This document shows positions 11,179 through 20,970 of a DNA stretch of 64,000 bases, piece by piece. The stretch is taken from NCBI GenBank assembly GCA_963813245.1, contig CAWEYE010000010.1:185053-249052 (forward strand). The letters are read 5' to 3'. Positions within the stretch are counted from its first letter, which is position 1. Each line of letters opens with the position of its first letter. Made by a program: the position numbers and the translations under genes. Origin of the DNA: an uncultured Actinomycetes bacterium. Lineage in GTDB: Bacteria; Actinomycetota; Thermoleophilia; Gaiellales; JAICJC01. A model generated the notes under the pieces. The model saw nothing but the letters and a program-made list of their open reading frames with translations, was not told where the DNA came from and did not search any database.

Positions 11179-11999
11179 CAGCGCGGCCCGGCCGGGGCAT
11201 GGTCGTGGTGATGGACGCCGTCGTCGTCGGGGGTGCCGACCACGACGATCCGCCCACGCACGCGCAGCACGTCGACGGGAGTGTCGTAGAGCCGCGACAG
11301 CGTCTCGGTCTGCAGCACCTCGTCGGGCGTGCCCATCGCCCACCGCCCCGGCGCCAGGTAGAGCACGCGGTCTGCGACCCGCAGGATCGGGTTCACGTCG
11401 TGGGTGACGAACACGACCGGTGTGCCCGCGTCGCGGCGGCGGCCGTCGAGCAGGTCGACGACCGTCCGCTGCGACGCCAGGTCGAGCGAGAGCAGCGGCT
11501 CGTCGGCCAGGAGCAGGGCCGGGTCGGAGACGAGCGCCTGGGCGATCCGCAGGCGCTGCTGCTCGCCGCCGGAGAGCCGCCCCACCGGGAGCTCGGCGTG
11601 TGCGGCCGCGCCGACGGCCGCAAGCGCGCGGGCGACGCGCTCGTCGGACGCCCGCGAGTGCAGCCCGAGGCCCCACCGGTGGCCGTCGAGGCCGAGCCGG
11701 ACGAGGTCGCACCCGCGCACCGGCGTATCGCGGTCAAACGCGCGCTGCTGGGGGACGTACCCGATCTGCGCCCTGGCCGCGGCCGGAGGCCGCCCGGTGA
11801 CCGAGACGGTGCCCGCGCTCGGCGCGAGCAGCCCGAGCAGGATGCGGACGAGCGACGTCTTGCCCGTGCCGTTCGGGCCGAGCACGGCCATGAACTCGCC
11901 CTTGTGAAGGTCGAAGCTCAGATCGTCCCAGAGCACGCGCGCACCGAAGCGCAGCGACACCTGCCGCGCCCGCACGACCGGCTCGGGGCCCGTGCTCAC
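11178..11999 (-). CDS. Metal ABC transporter ATP-binding protein
   Basis: GPNGTGKT Walker A, LSGGEQQR signature, LLLADEP Walker B, His-rich tail. Confidence 0.93.
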   Translation of the reverse strand: MSTGPEPVVRARQVSLRFGARVLWDDLSFDLHKGEFMAVLGPNGTGKTSLVRILLGLLAPSAGTVSVTGRPPAAARAQIGYVPQQRAFDRDTPVRGCDLVRLGLDGHRWGLGLHSRASDERVARALAAVGAAAHAELPVGRLSGGEQQRLRIAQALVSDPALLLADEPLLSLDLASQRTVVDLLDGRRRDAGTPVVFVTHDVNPILRVADRVLYLAPGRWAMGTPDEVLQTETLSRLYDTPVDVLRVRGRIVVVGTPDDDGVHHHDHAPAGPR

Positions 12000-12899
12000 A
12001 GGCGCAGAGCGCGCTCGAGCGCCCGCGCCTGACCGAGCTGCCAGGCCTGGAACCGCAGCCCCGCAGGCAGCGTCTCGCTCACGCCGATCACCGGGATCCC
12101 GGCGCCCTCGGCCGCTGCTCGGATGCGGTTCGTGATCGGCGAGACCGTCTGGTCGTTGTACAACAGCACCCGCACCCGGCGCCCGGTGAAAAGGGCGGTC
12201 ATCGCGGCCACAGCCTGCGGTGAGGGCTCGCTGCCGTCCTCGATCGCCCGCGAGAACGCCGCCGGCGTCAGGTTGCGCAGGCCCGCCGCGGCCAGCAGAT
12301 ACCCCGGCACGGGCTCGGTGTAGGCGACCGCCGTGCCGCCGAACCGCGCCCGGATCGCCGCCACCTCGCGCCGAAGCGGCGCCAGGCTGCGCTCGAAGCG
12401 GCGCAGGCCGGCGCGGTAGGCCCGGCGATGGGCGGGGTCGGCGCGGCTCGAGCCCTGCCGCGATCGCCGCGGCGATCCGGTCGAGCTTTGGCACGTCGTA
12501 CCACAGGTGCGGGTTTCGGTGGGCGCCGGTGACGCCGAGCACGTCGGCGATCGTGATCACGATCCGGTGTGAGCTGGGTGCCGCATTCTCGAGCTTCTGC
12601 ATGAAGCTGTCGTAGCCGACGCCGTTTTGGACGACGAGCGCCGCACGGGAGACGGCGAGCCCGTTGCGAGTGCCGGGCTCGAAGAGGTGCGGGTCGGCGT
12701 TCGGGTCGCTCAGGATCGAGGTCACTGCGACGCGCGATCCACCGATCTGGGAAACGATGTCGGCGTAGAAGTTCTCGGCGGCCACCACCTCCACCCTGCC
12801 CCCCTGCCCGGACCCGGACGAACCGGTCGCGGCCAGCCCGACCCCCGCGGCGACGAGCGCCACCGCAAGGCCGACGTACCCGAGCATCGTTCTCGACAC
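11996..12899 (-). CDS. Metal ABC transporter substrate-binding protein (frameshift near 12445)
   Basis: VVAAENFY, DPHLFEP, NPHLWYD; second frame has TEPVPGY and VSETLP. Confidence 0.88.
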
Positions 12900-12905
12900 C
12901 ACCGC

Positions 12906-12936
12906 ACGCTAACGGAAATGAAAACGGATGTCAATC
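12906..12936 (-). promoter_or_regulatory. Sigma-A promoter overlapped by a Zur-type box
   Basis: TTGACA (12934-12929), 17-nt spacer, TAGCGT (12911-12906); aaaTGAAAAcggATGTCAatc (12916-12936) resembles the actinobacterial Zur palindrome. Confidence 0.7.
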
Positions 12937-12977
12937 ACACTCTTGAGATCCGCGGGCGCGGCGACTACGCTCTTTGG

Positions 12978-13370
12978 GTGGACACCGGACGCAATCGCCG
13001 AAACCGCGAGGCCCTGCTCGACGCCGGCCGCTCGATCGGCCACGCCTTCAGCGTGCGCGAGCTGCACGAGACGGCCCGGCGCGATCAGCCCCGCATCGGC
13101 CTCACGACCGCCTACCGCGCGATCGAGCGCTGGCGCGACGAGGGCCTGGTCGAGGAGGCCGGCACACGCTCCGGCGAGGCGGTGTTCGTGATGTGCGGCA
13201 CGAACGGCCACCACCACCATCTCGTGTGCGTCGAGTGCGGCGCCATCTCGACGCTGGAGGGCTGCGCGCTCGTGTCGCTGCGCCAGGCGGCCGAGGCGGT
13301 CGGGTTCGAGCTCTCCGACCGCGCGCTCCAGTCCCTGCCCGGCCGCTGCGCCCGGTGCGCGAAGCGGTGA
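12978..13370 (+). CDS. zur: Fur-family regulator (probable Zur)
   Basis: IGLTTAYR helix, HHHHLVCVECG, C-terminal CARC; divergent from the metal ABC operon. Confidence 0.8.
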   Translation: MDTGRNRRNREALLDAGRSIGHAFSVRELHETARRDQPRIGLTTAYRAIERWRDEGLVEEAGTRSGEAVFVMCGTNGHHHHLVCVECGAISTLEGCALVSLRQAAEAVGFELSDRALQSLPGRCARCAKR

Positions 13371-14419
13371 GCCTGCTGCGCGATCAGGCCCGGGCCGCGG
13401 CCAGCCCGGTCTTCGGCATCCCGCTCTCGGTGCTCGACGTGGCCCCGGTCGCGAGCGACTCGACCCCGGTCACGGCGCTGGCCGACGCGACCGCCCTCGC
13501 AGGGCTCGTCGACCGCCTCGGCTATCACCGGCTGTGGTACGCCGAGCACCACAACATGCCCGGGATCGCCAGTTCGGCCCCCGACGTGCTGATCGCAAAC
13601 GCCGCCCCTCGCACGACCCGGATCCGGCTCGGCTCGGGCGGCGTGATGCTGCCGAACCACTCGCCGCTCGTCGTGGCCGAGCGCTTCGGCACGCTCGAGG
13701 CGCTGCATCCGGGCCGGATCGACCTCGGCATCGGCCGCGCCCCCGGCACCGACCAGCGCACCATGCAGGCGCTGCGCCGGCTCGGCGGAGACGACGACCT
13801 GCTCGACCTGCTGCACGAGCTCTACGGCTTCTTCAACGGCTTCGCGCCGGGCGACGCCTACGAGGGCATCCACGCCGTGCCCGGGTACGGCTCGGGCATG
13901 CCGGCCCTGTGGCTGCTCGGCTCGAGCGGCTACAGCGCCCAGGCGGCCGGCCTCATGGGGCTGCCGTTCGCGTTCGCGCATCACTTCAGCGCGCAGAACA
14001 CGCTGCCCGCGCTCGAGCTCTACCGCTCGCGCTTCCAGCCGTCACCCGACCTCGAGGCCCCCTACGCCCAGGTGACCGTCTTCGTCGTCTGCGCCGAGAC
14101 CGACGCCGAGGCGCAGCTGCTGGGCTCGGCGATGGCGCTCAGCTTCGCCCAGCGCCGCAGCGGCCGGCCGCCCGGGCCCCTGCCCACGCTCGGGCAGGTG
14201 GAGCGGCACGCATGGACTCCCGACGAGCGCGCCTACGCCGACGCCTACCTGGGATCGCAGGTCGTGGGCAGCCCGGCGACGGTGCGCACCCGCCTCGACC
14301 AGCTCCTGGCCGAGACGGCGGCGGATGAGCTGATGGCGATCGCGAGCGTCCCGGACGCGGCCGCACGATCGCGGTCGTTCACGCTCCTGGCGGAGCTGGC
14401 CCAGCTCCCCGCAGCGTGA
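13367..14419 (+). CDS. LLM-class flavin-dependent oxidoreductase (luciferase-like)
   Basis: LSVLD, WYAEHH, GSGGVMLPNH, GRIDLGIGRAPG, WLLGSS, FAHHFS. Confidence 0.92.
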   Translation: MSLLRDQARAAASPVFGIPLSVLDVAPVASDSTPVTALADATALAGLVDRLGYHRLWYAEHHNMPGIASSAPDVLIANAAPRTTRIRLGSGGVMLPNHSPLVVAERFGTLEALHPGRIDLGIGRAPGTDQRTMQALRRLGGDDDLLDLLHELYGFFNGFAPGDAYEGIHAVPGYGSGMPALWLLGSSGYSAQAAGLMGLPFAFAHHFSAQNTLPALELYRSRFQPSPDLEAPYAQVTVFVVCAETDAEAQLLGSAMALSFAQRRSGRPPGPLPTLGQVERHAWTPDERAYADAYLGSQVVGSPATVRTRLDQLLAETAADELMAIASVPDAAARSRSFTLLAELAQLPAA

Positions 14420-14429
14420 TCCCGCCCGG

Positions 14430-15092
14430 CTAGCGCCAGGGCATCGTCGCCCGCTTGTGGGCGTCGACGTCGGCCCGTGGCGCCCGGCCGCGCCGCCAGA
14501 CGATGAAGAACCCGAACGGTGCCGCGATCAGTGGCAGGCCGATCACGAGGAGCGGCACGAGCACCCACGCCTTGGCCAGGTTGTTGCGCGCCGGCAGCCC
14601 CTGGGCGTGCGGCGCGAAGTCGGGCTCGGCGGTGATCGTGGCCGGACCGCCCGACCCGGCGAACTGCGCCGAGGCCGCCATCGACGCGACCAGCCAGCGG
14701 CCGCCCACCTGCTGCACGTGGGTCGTGTACACCTCGACACCGGCGTTGCTGCCGGGCTTCGGGTGCACCATCAGATCGAAGGTGACGTCACCAGGCGCGA
14801 CGGTGATCGGCCGGATGCCGAAGCTGTTCGCCGCCACCGGATAGGGGAACACCGGCAGCGAGCCCGACCGCCACTGGGCGCGGGTCGAGCCCACGCGCAT
14901 CGACGGCGTGGCCAGATCCCAGGCCCGGCCGGGATGCACGCGGCCGATCGCCTCGGGGATGAACGTCTTCAGGAGCACGCGGATGTCCCGCAGCTCGCCT
15001 TTCGGGATCGCCGGCGTCGACGTGGCCTGCGCCGGTGCGGCCGCCACCAGGGCCGCCGCGGCCGTGCCCAGCATGATCACCCACCGTCTCAC
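14430..15092 (-). CDS. Hypothetical secreted/membrane-anchored protein
   Basis: Signal peptide ending AQA; C-terminal hydrophobic helix followed by WRRGR. Confidence 0.65.
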   Translation of the reverse strand: MRRWVIMLGTAAAALVAAAPAQATSTPAIPKGELRDIRVLLKTFIPEAIGRVHPGRAWDLATPSMRVGSTRAQWRSGSLPVFPYPVAANSFGIRPITVAPGDVTFDLMVHPKPGSNAGVEVYTTHVQQVGGRWLVASMAASAQFAGSGGPATITAEPDFAPHAQGLPARNNLAKAWVLVPLLVIGLPLIAAPFGFFIVWRRGRAPRADVDAHKRATMPWR

Positions 15093-15112
15093 TCCTAATA
15101 GAGTGCCACAGG

Positions 15113-18100
15113 TCAGCCGACGGCTTCGGCCGAAGTGCGCTCGGCGACGGCGGCGGCCCGCTCGATCCACGGCTGCGCCCGCAGCTCCGCGAAGATGTCG
15201 CGCGCCTCGGCCAGCAGGGGCTCGGCCTCCTCGCTGCGGCTGTCGGCGATGAGCACCTCGGCGCGCTCGAGCATGGTGACCGCGAGCCAGAAGCGCAGGC
15301 CGAGATCGCGGAAGACGGTCTCGGCGGAGACCAGGTGCGCCGTGGCACCGTCGGCCGACTCCGCCAGGCGGGCTCGCGCGCGGCCGGCATGGGCACCGAG
15401 CGAGGGCGGCCGCAGGCCCGGCGGGATCGCCTCGATCCGGCCGACTACCTCCTCGGCCTTCCCCCGGTCGCCGCGCGCGAGGGCGGCCTCGAGCGTCCAC
15501 ATGAAGCCCATCTTGGCGTCCTGGCCGTCGAGGCCCAGAGTGTCGCCGAGCGCGAACGTCTGCTCGCCGGCGGCGACCGCCTCGGCGTGGCGGCCCTCGG
15601 CGTGCAGGACGCAGGCGTTCGCGGCCGCGAAGCCGGCCCGCTCCTGGACGTCGGCGGAATCCTCGAGGCGGGCGTAGATCTCGAGCAGCCGGCGGGCCGC
15701 GGCGACGTCGCCGCGGTTCACGTGGATCTCGAGAATCGAGCTGAGCGGGCTCAGGAGCGTCCCGCCCGTCGGCAGCATCTCCTCGGGCAGCTCGTGGTAG
15801 GCCGCGATCGCGTCGTCCCAGCGTCCGAGCATGTAGAGCGGATAGGTCGATTCGCTGAGCGCGAACCACTCGTGCGGCCGGCTGCCGACAAGGCGCGCGA
15901 GCGCGGCCGCCTGCTCCAGGTGGCCGAGCGCCTCGACGTAGCGGTCGCGCCGGAACGCGAGGTCGGAGAGGTTCGAGGCCGCGCGGCTCGCCTCCTCGCG
16001 CAGCTCGTGCTTCTGGGCCAGCTCGAGCGACAGCTGGAAGAGGCCGCGGGCCTCCTCGGGATGACGCCCCGACGCCCCCACCATCGCCTTGATCATCACG
16101 GCGTTCGTGAGCACCGTCGGCATGCCGCGCGCCTCGGCGATGTCGAGGGCCTCCTCGACCAGCTCGGCGCAGCGGGCCACATCCCCGGAGAAGTAGAACG
16201 CACCGGCCAGCCGGGTGGTGAGCGTTGCGAAGCTCTCGTCGGGCGGCTCGTTGCGGAGCACGTCGTGGGCCTGCTGCATGCGCTCGAGCGCCTCGGCCAG
16301 CCGGCCCTGCATCTGGTCGATCCGTGACCGGACGACGAGCACCCGCGCCGCCGAGCCGTGCTCTCCCGCCGCCTCGTAGAGGGCATGCGCGCGCTCGGCG
16401 AGCTCGGCGGCCGCGTCCTGCGCCGCCGCGCGCAGGGCCATCCGGGCGGCGCGGTCGAGCAGGCCGGCCTCGGCCAGCGGCGTCTCGCTCAGGCCGGCGG
16501 CCTGGGTGTAGTAGCGCTGGGCCTCGGTCGGAGCACCCAGCGACTCGGCCCGCTCCCCGGCGCGGACGAGCAGCTCGCTGGCCCGCCGCCTGACCGCCTC
16601 GGCGCCGTCCGCGTCGGGCGCGGCCGTGTAGGCGTCGATGTAGTGCGACGCCAGCATCTCGACGATCTCGTCGTCGTCGGCCAGCGTCCGCTCGAGATAG
16701 GCGGCCGCCGCCAGGTGGCGATCGCGCCGGTCGCGCATCGCCAGCATCTCGTAGGCCACCCGGCGCATCAGGTCCTGCAGGAAACCGTACTGGCCGTGCT
16801 CGGGCGAGCGTGGGTCGGCCTGGATCGACAGCACCTCCTTGCGCACGAGCGCCGCCATCACCGCCTCGACGCCCTCGGGGTCGATGCCCGAGAGCGCCTC
16901 GACCGCCTCGCGCGTGAACGTCTTGCCCAGCACGGCGCCGTCCTGGACGACGCGGCGCTCGTCGTCGGAGAGGCCGTCGAGCCGGGCGGCGATCAGCGCG
17001 TGCAGGGTCTCGGGCACCTCGAGCGCCTCGACCGGCCCGGCCGGCCGGTAGACGCTGCCCTCGCGCACGAGGTGGCCGCGGTCGAGCAGCATCCGCACCG
17101 TCTCCATCGCATATAGCGGGACGCCCTCGGCCCGGGCCAGGATCTGGCCGCGCAGGGTGTCGGGCAGCCCCGGCACGAGCCCCTCGAGCAGCGCGCGCAT
17201 CGAGTCCTCCGACAGCGGCTCGAGGTAGATCGACGTGAAGTTGCGCTTGCCGGCCCCCCAGGTCGCGCGCCGGTCGAGCAGCTCCGGCCGGGCGGCCGTG
17301 ACGACGAAGAGCGGGCTCTGGCGCGACCAGTCGAGCAGGTACTCGATGAAGTCCAGCAGCGACGCATCGGCCCACTGCATGTCCTCGAAGACGAGCAGCG
17401 TCGGGTACGCGTCGGCCAGCCGCTCGAAGAACGTCCGCCAGGCCGCGAACAGGTCCTCGCGGCCGAACGGGCTGCCCTCCTCCATCCCGATCAGATGCGC
17501 CACCCGCGGCTCCACGAAGCGGCGCTCGTCCTCGTCGGTGATGTGCTCGTCGAGCACCTCGGCGAGCTTGGCGAGCGCCGTATCCGACGGCTCGTCCTCG
17601 CTGATCCGGCAGCGCATCCGCACCATGTCGGCCAGCGCCCAGTACGTGACGCCCTCGCCGTAGGAGAGGCAGCGGCCGCGGTGCCAGTAGATCACCTGGG
17701 CGAGGCCGTCGAAGTACTTGTAGAACTCCCACACGAGCCGCGACTTGCCGATCCCGGCGATGCCCGTGACCGACACGAGATGCGCCCGGCGCTCGTCCGC
17801 CGAGGCGTGGAACAGATCCTTGATCTGGCGCAGCTCGCGGTCGCGGCCCACGAACGGCGCCTCCAGGCCCTCCGACTTGAGCGCGCCGCGGGCTCCCGAC
17901 ACGACCCGCACGGCCCGCGACAGCCGGTACAGGCCCGACTTGCCCTTGAGCTCGTGCGTGCCCGCGTCCTCGTAGACGATCGTGGGCTCGGTGGCCCGCC
18001 TGGTCGGCTCGCCCGCGAGCACCTGGCCGGGATCGGCCAGAGCCTGGATGCGGGCGGCGGTGTTCACGATGTCGCCCGCCACCATGCCCTGGCCGTCGGC

Positions 18101-18649
18101 TCCGACCGTGACCGTGGCCTCGCCCGTGAGCACGCCGGCCCGCGCGCGCAGCCCGGCAACGCCGATCTCGTCTCCGAGGGCGGTGACCGCGGCGACCAGG
18201 TCGAGTGCCGCCCGCACGGCCCGCTCGGCGTCGTCCTCGGTCGCGATCGGGGTGCCCCACACCGCCATCACGGCGTCGCCGATGAACTTCTCGACGGTGC
18301 CGCCGTAGAGCTCGATCAGCCGCCGCGACGCGTCGAAGTAGCGCGACAGGAGCTCGCGCACCTCGTCCGAGTCGCGCCCCTCCGAGAGGGTGGTGAACCC
18401 GACGAGGTCGGCGAAGAGCACCGAGACCAGCCGCCGCTCCGCCACGGCCGCCGCCGCGGGCACTGCCGGCGGGGCCGCGGCGGGCGGGGGCGCCGCCGAG
18501 ACGAGCGACGCCCCGCACTCGCCGCAGAACTTGGTGCCGGCCTCGACCGCCGAGCCGCACGCGGGGCACGCCCGCTCGAGGCCGGCGCCGCACTCCCCGC
18601 AGAACTTGCGCCCGGCGCTGTTCTCCGTGCCGCACTTCGGACAGTTCAC
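15113..18649 (-). CDS. Class III adenylate/guanylate cyclase with double zinc ribbon, AAA ATPase and TPR domains
   Basis: Four CxxC pairs; VLFADLVGFT, KFIGDAVMA, GDIVNTAAR; GIAGIGKS Walker A, FEDMQWAD; helical C-terminus. Confidence 0.93.
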   Translation of the reverse strand: MNCPKCGTENSAGRKFCGECGAGLERACPACGSAVEAGTKFCGECGASLVSAAPPPAAAPPAVPAAAAVAERRLVSVLFADLVGFTTLSEGRDSDEVRELLSRYFDASRRLIELYGGTVEKFIGDAVMAVWGTPIATEDDAERAVRAALDLVAAVTALGDEIGVAGLRARAGVLTGEATVTVGADGQGMVAGDIVNTAARIQALADPGQVLAGEPTRRATEPTIVYEDAGTHELKGKSGLYRLSRAVRVVSGARGALKSEGLEAPFVGRDRELRQIKDLFHASADERRAHLVSVTGIAGIGKSRLVWEFYKYFDGLAQVIYWHRGRCLSYGEGVTYWALADMVRMRCRISEDEPSDTALAKLAEVLDEHITDEDERRFVEPRVAHLIGMEEGSPFGREDLFAAWRTFFERLADAYPTLLVFEDMQWADASLLDFIEYLLDWSRQSPLFVVTAARPELLDRRATWGAGKRNFTSIYLEPLSEDSMRALLEGLVPGLPDTLRGQILARAEGVPLYAMETVRMLLDRGHLVREGSVYRPAGPVEALEVPETLHALIAARLDGLSDDERRVVQDGAVLGKTFTREAVEALSGIDPEGVEAVMAALVRKEVLSIQADPRSPEHGQYGFLQDLMRRVAYEMLAMRDRRDRHLAAAAYLERTLADDDEIVEMLASHYIDAYTAAPDADGAEAVRRRASELLVRAGERAESLGAPTEAQRYYTQAAGLSETPLAEAGLLDRAARMALRAAAQDAAAELAERAHALYEAAGEHGSAARVLVVRSRIDQMQGRLAEALERMQQAHDVLRNEPPDESFATLTTRLAGAFYFSGDVARCAELVEEALDIAEARGMPTVLTNAVMIKAMVGASGRHPEEARGLFQLSLELAQKHELREEASRAASNLSDLAFRRDRYVEALGHLEQAAALARLVGSRPHEWFALSESTYPLYMLGRWDDAIAAYHELPEEMLPTGGTLLSPLSSILEIHVNRGDVAAARRLLEIYARLEDSADVQERAGFAAANACVLHAEGRHAEAVAAGEQTFALGDTLGLDGQDAKMGFMWTLEAALARGDRGKAEEVVGRIEAIPPGLRPPSLGAHAGRARARLAESADGATAHLVSAETVFRDLGLRFWLAVTMLERAEVLIADSRSEEAEPLLAEARDIFAELRAQPWIERAAAVAERTSAEAVG

Positions 18650-18728
18650 GCCCCAAGTTTACGGTACGTCGTCAAGCGATTCCGGGCGCTCGTTCACCGC
18701 GCCTGCGCTTCCAGGATGTGGCTGTGCG

Positions 18729-19886
18729 TCAGTGCCTCCCGCGATGGGCCGAGTCGGCGGCTTTCGCCAGCGCATGCGCCGCCGCGAAGAACTTCTTCGA
18801 CTGGCCGTCGAAGAGGCCGTTCGCCGTCAGCGCGTTCACCGCCGCCATCGCGCCGGAATTGTGCACCGTCGAGGGCCTGATCACCGAGCACTTCGGCAGC
18901 TGCTGGCTGATGAAGTCGGCCGGCTCGGGCATGATCAGGTTGGTCTGGAAGCGCTCGCCCCCGAACGGCGGCGAGTTGAGATCGGGGAACGTGACCCCGG
19001 TCTCGGGATCCTTCACGCCCGCGAGCGGCTGGGCGACGGCGTTTCCGGCCTTGTCGTGCCACACGGCGAAGTGGTTCACCTCGACGCCGCCGATCGAGAC
19101 CACGATCCGCAGCACCTCGAGGCTCGAGACCTTGAGGCTCATCGTCGTGTACAGGCTCGACCCGCCCTGCTCGATCATCGCGAAGTGGAACCCGGCGGTG
19201 TTGGCGATGGCCTGCATCCGCATCTGCTTGGCGGTTGCCGGCGGCACCGGCGCGGACATGTTCGGCGGGGTGTCGGAGTCGTTCAGCGGGATCGCCGGCT
19301 CGTCCTTGATGTTCACGGCCTGCGGGAACGTGGCCCCGAAGTCCGGGTTCTGCGTGCTGCGGTAGCGCGTGTACCAGCTCGTGTCGACGTTCAGCTTCTG
19401 CAGGTTGGTGAGCCGGCCGACCTGACGGGCGCCCGTCGCCTTGCTGCTCGGGAGCGTGCGGAACTCGTCCAGGTTCACGGGCTCCTCGCCCTTCGAACGC
19501 AGGTAGGCGTTCAGGAAGTCGGCATGGCTGCGCTCGTCGTCGGTGTTGTCGGAGATGTACTGCGGCATGTCGCCGTCGAGGTTCTCGAGCGCTGCGATGT
19601 AGGCCGGGTTGCCGCCGTTCACGCCGCCGAGCTCCGCATACTGCTGCCACAGGTCGGTCTCGAGGAGCTCGGCCGCAGCCAGGAAGCGCAGGATCGCGGC
19701 GTCGCCGCGCGAGAGCCGGCCCGAGCCGGCGAACGCGGCGGCCGTTCCCAGCGCGCCTCCGGCGAGCGCCGTCGCGCCGGCGGTGCCGACGCCCATGAGG
19801 AACCCGCGCCTGCCGACGACCTTGTTCCAGTGCGACTCGAGCTCCTCCGCCGCCGGCGTGCCCTGAGTGGTATGTGTCGATTCCAT
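18729..19886 (-). CDS. Ferritin-like domain protein with Tat signal
   Basis: GRRGFL twin-arginine motif; ELLE, DDERSH, IEQGG, VEVNH di-metal motifs; GGAGG RBS. Confidence 0.8.
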   Translation of the reverse strand: MESTHTTQGTPAAEELESHWNKVVGRRGFLMGVGTAGATALAGGALGTAAAFAGSGRLSRGDAAILRFLAAAELLETDLWQQYAELGGVNGGNPAYIAALENLDGDMPQYISDNTDDERSHADFLNAYLRSKGEEPVNLDEFRTLPSSKATGARQVGRLTNLQKLNVDTSWYTRYRSTQNPDFGATFPQAVNIKDEPAIPLNDSDTPPNMSAPVPPATAKQMRMQAIANTAGFHFAMIEQGGSSLYTTMSLKVSSLEVLRIVVSIGGVEVNHFAVWHDKAGNAVAQPLAGVKDPETGVTFPDLNSPPFGGERFQTNLIMPEPADFISQQLPKCSVIRPSTVHNSGAMAAVNALTANGLFDGQSKKFFAAAHALAKAADSAHRGRH

Positions 19887-20019
19887 CTGCCCCTCCCGTT
19901 CGTAGGTATGCCCGCTCCCGCGGTTACGGGGCCGGCGAGGGGGTGGTTTCGGCGGGTGTGAGGCCAGTCACCAGGTACCGGTGACTGTGCGCTGCGTCAC
20001 GCTCCGAGCGGTGAAGCGC

Positions 20020-20946
20020 TCAGCGGGTGTGGTGGTCGGCGATGTACTTCTCGCCCTCGTCGCAGAAGAGCGTGACGATCGTGCGCAGCTCGGGGCGCTC
20101 GCTGCGCAGGCGCTTGGCGGCGACCATGTGCGCGCCCGAGCTCGGCCCGACGAAGATGCCGTGCTCGCGGGCCAGCCGCCGCATCTCGGCCACCGCCTCG
20201 TCGCTGGAGACGCTGACCATGTCGCCGATCTCGGAGCGGTGCCGCGCGATGATGCCGGGCACGAACCCGTCGGCGATGCCCTCGATGGCGTGCAGGGCGA
20301 TCTCGCCGCAGCAGATCGTGCGCGACTCACCGGGCTCGAGGCCGAGGATCAGCACGTCCGGGTTCACGGCCCGGAAGGCCTGCCCGACACCGATCAGCGT
20401 CCCGCCGGTGCCGACGCCCGCCACGAGGGCATCCGGCGGGGCGGGCAGCTGCTCCAGGATCTCGGCGCCCAGCCACTCGCGGTTCTCGATCACGTTCCAC
20501 TCGGAGTCGAACTGGCCCGGATGGAAGTACCCCGGCCGCTCCCCCAGGATGCGGGCGTGCTCGAGGGCGGCCGTGACGTGGAAGTCGCCGATCAGGAGCA
20601 CGTCGGCGCCGTGGGCGCGCGAGATGGCGATCCGCTCGGGGCTCATCCCCTCCGGCATCACGACCAGCATCCGGTAGCCCTTCGCGGCGGCGACCATGCT
20701 CATCGCGTTCCCGGTGTTGCCGCTCGAGGCCTCGACGATCGTGTCGCCCGGCGTGATCAGCCCCTCGGCCTCGGCCCGCCCGATCATGTAGCTGGCCAGA
20801 CGAGCCTTCACCGACCCGGACGGGTTCAGGTACTCGAGCTTGGCGTAGACGCCCTCGATGGCGAGCAGCGGCGTGCCGCCGATCGCCTCGACGACGGAGG
20901 TCGAGAGCGGCGGGGCGGCGCGGTGGGTGTTCGTGTCGATGATCAC
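20020..20946 (-). CDS. PLP-dependent cysteine synthase family protein
   Basis: KLEYLNPSGSVK, ASSGNTG, GVGTGGT, GPSSGA. Confidence 0.9.
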   Translation of the reverse strand: MIIDTNTHRAAPPLSTSVVEAIGGTPLLAIEGVYAKLEYLNPSGSVKARLASYMIGRAEAEGLITPGDTIVEASSGNTGNAMSMVAAAKGYRMLVVMPEGMSPERIAISRAHGADVLLIGDFHVTAALEHARILGERPGYFHPGQFDSEWNVIENREWLGAEILEQLPAPPDALVAGVGTGGTLIGVGQAFRAVNPDVLILGLEPGESRTICCGEIALHAIEGIADGFVPGIIARHRSEIGDMVSVSSDEAVAEMRRLAREHGIFVGPSSGAHMVAAKRLRSERPELRTIVTLFCDEGEKYIADHHTR

Positions 20947-20970
20947 GTGTCGAAAACGGTACCAGGACCC

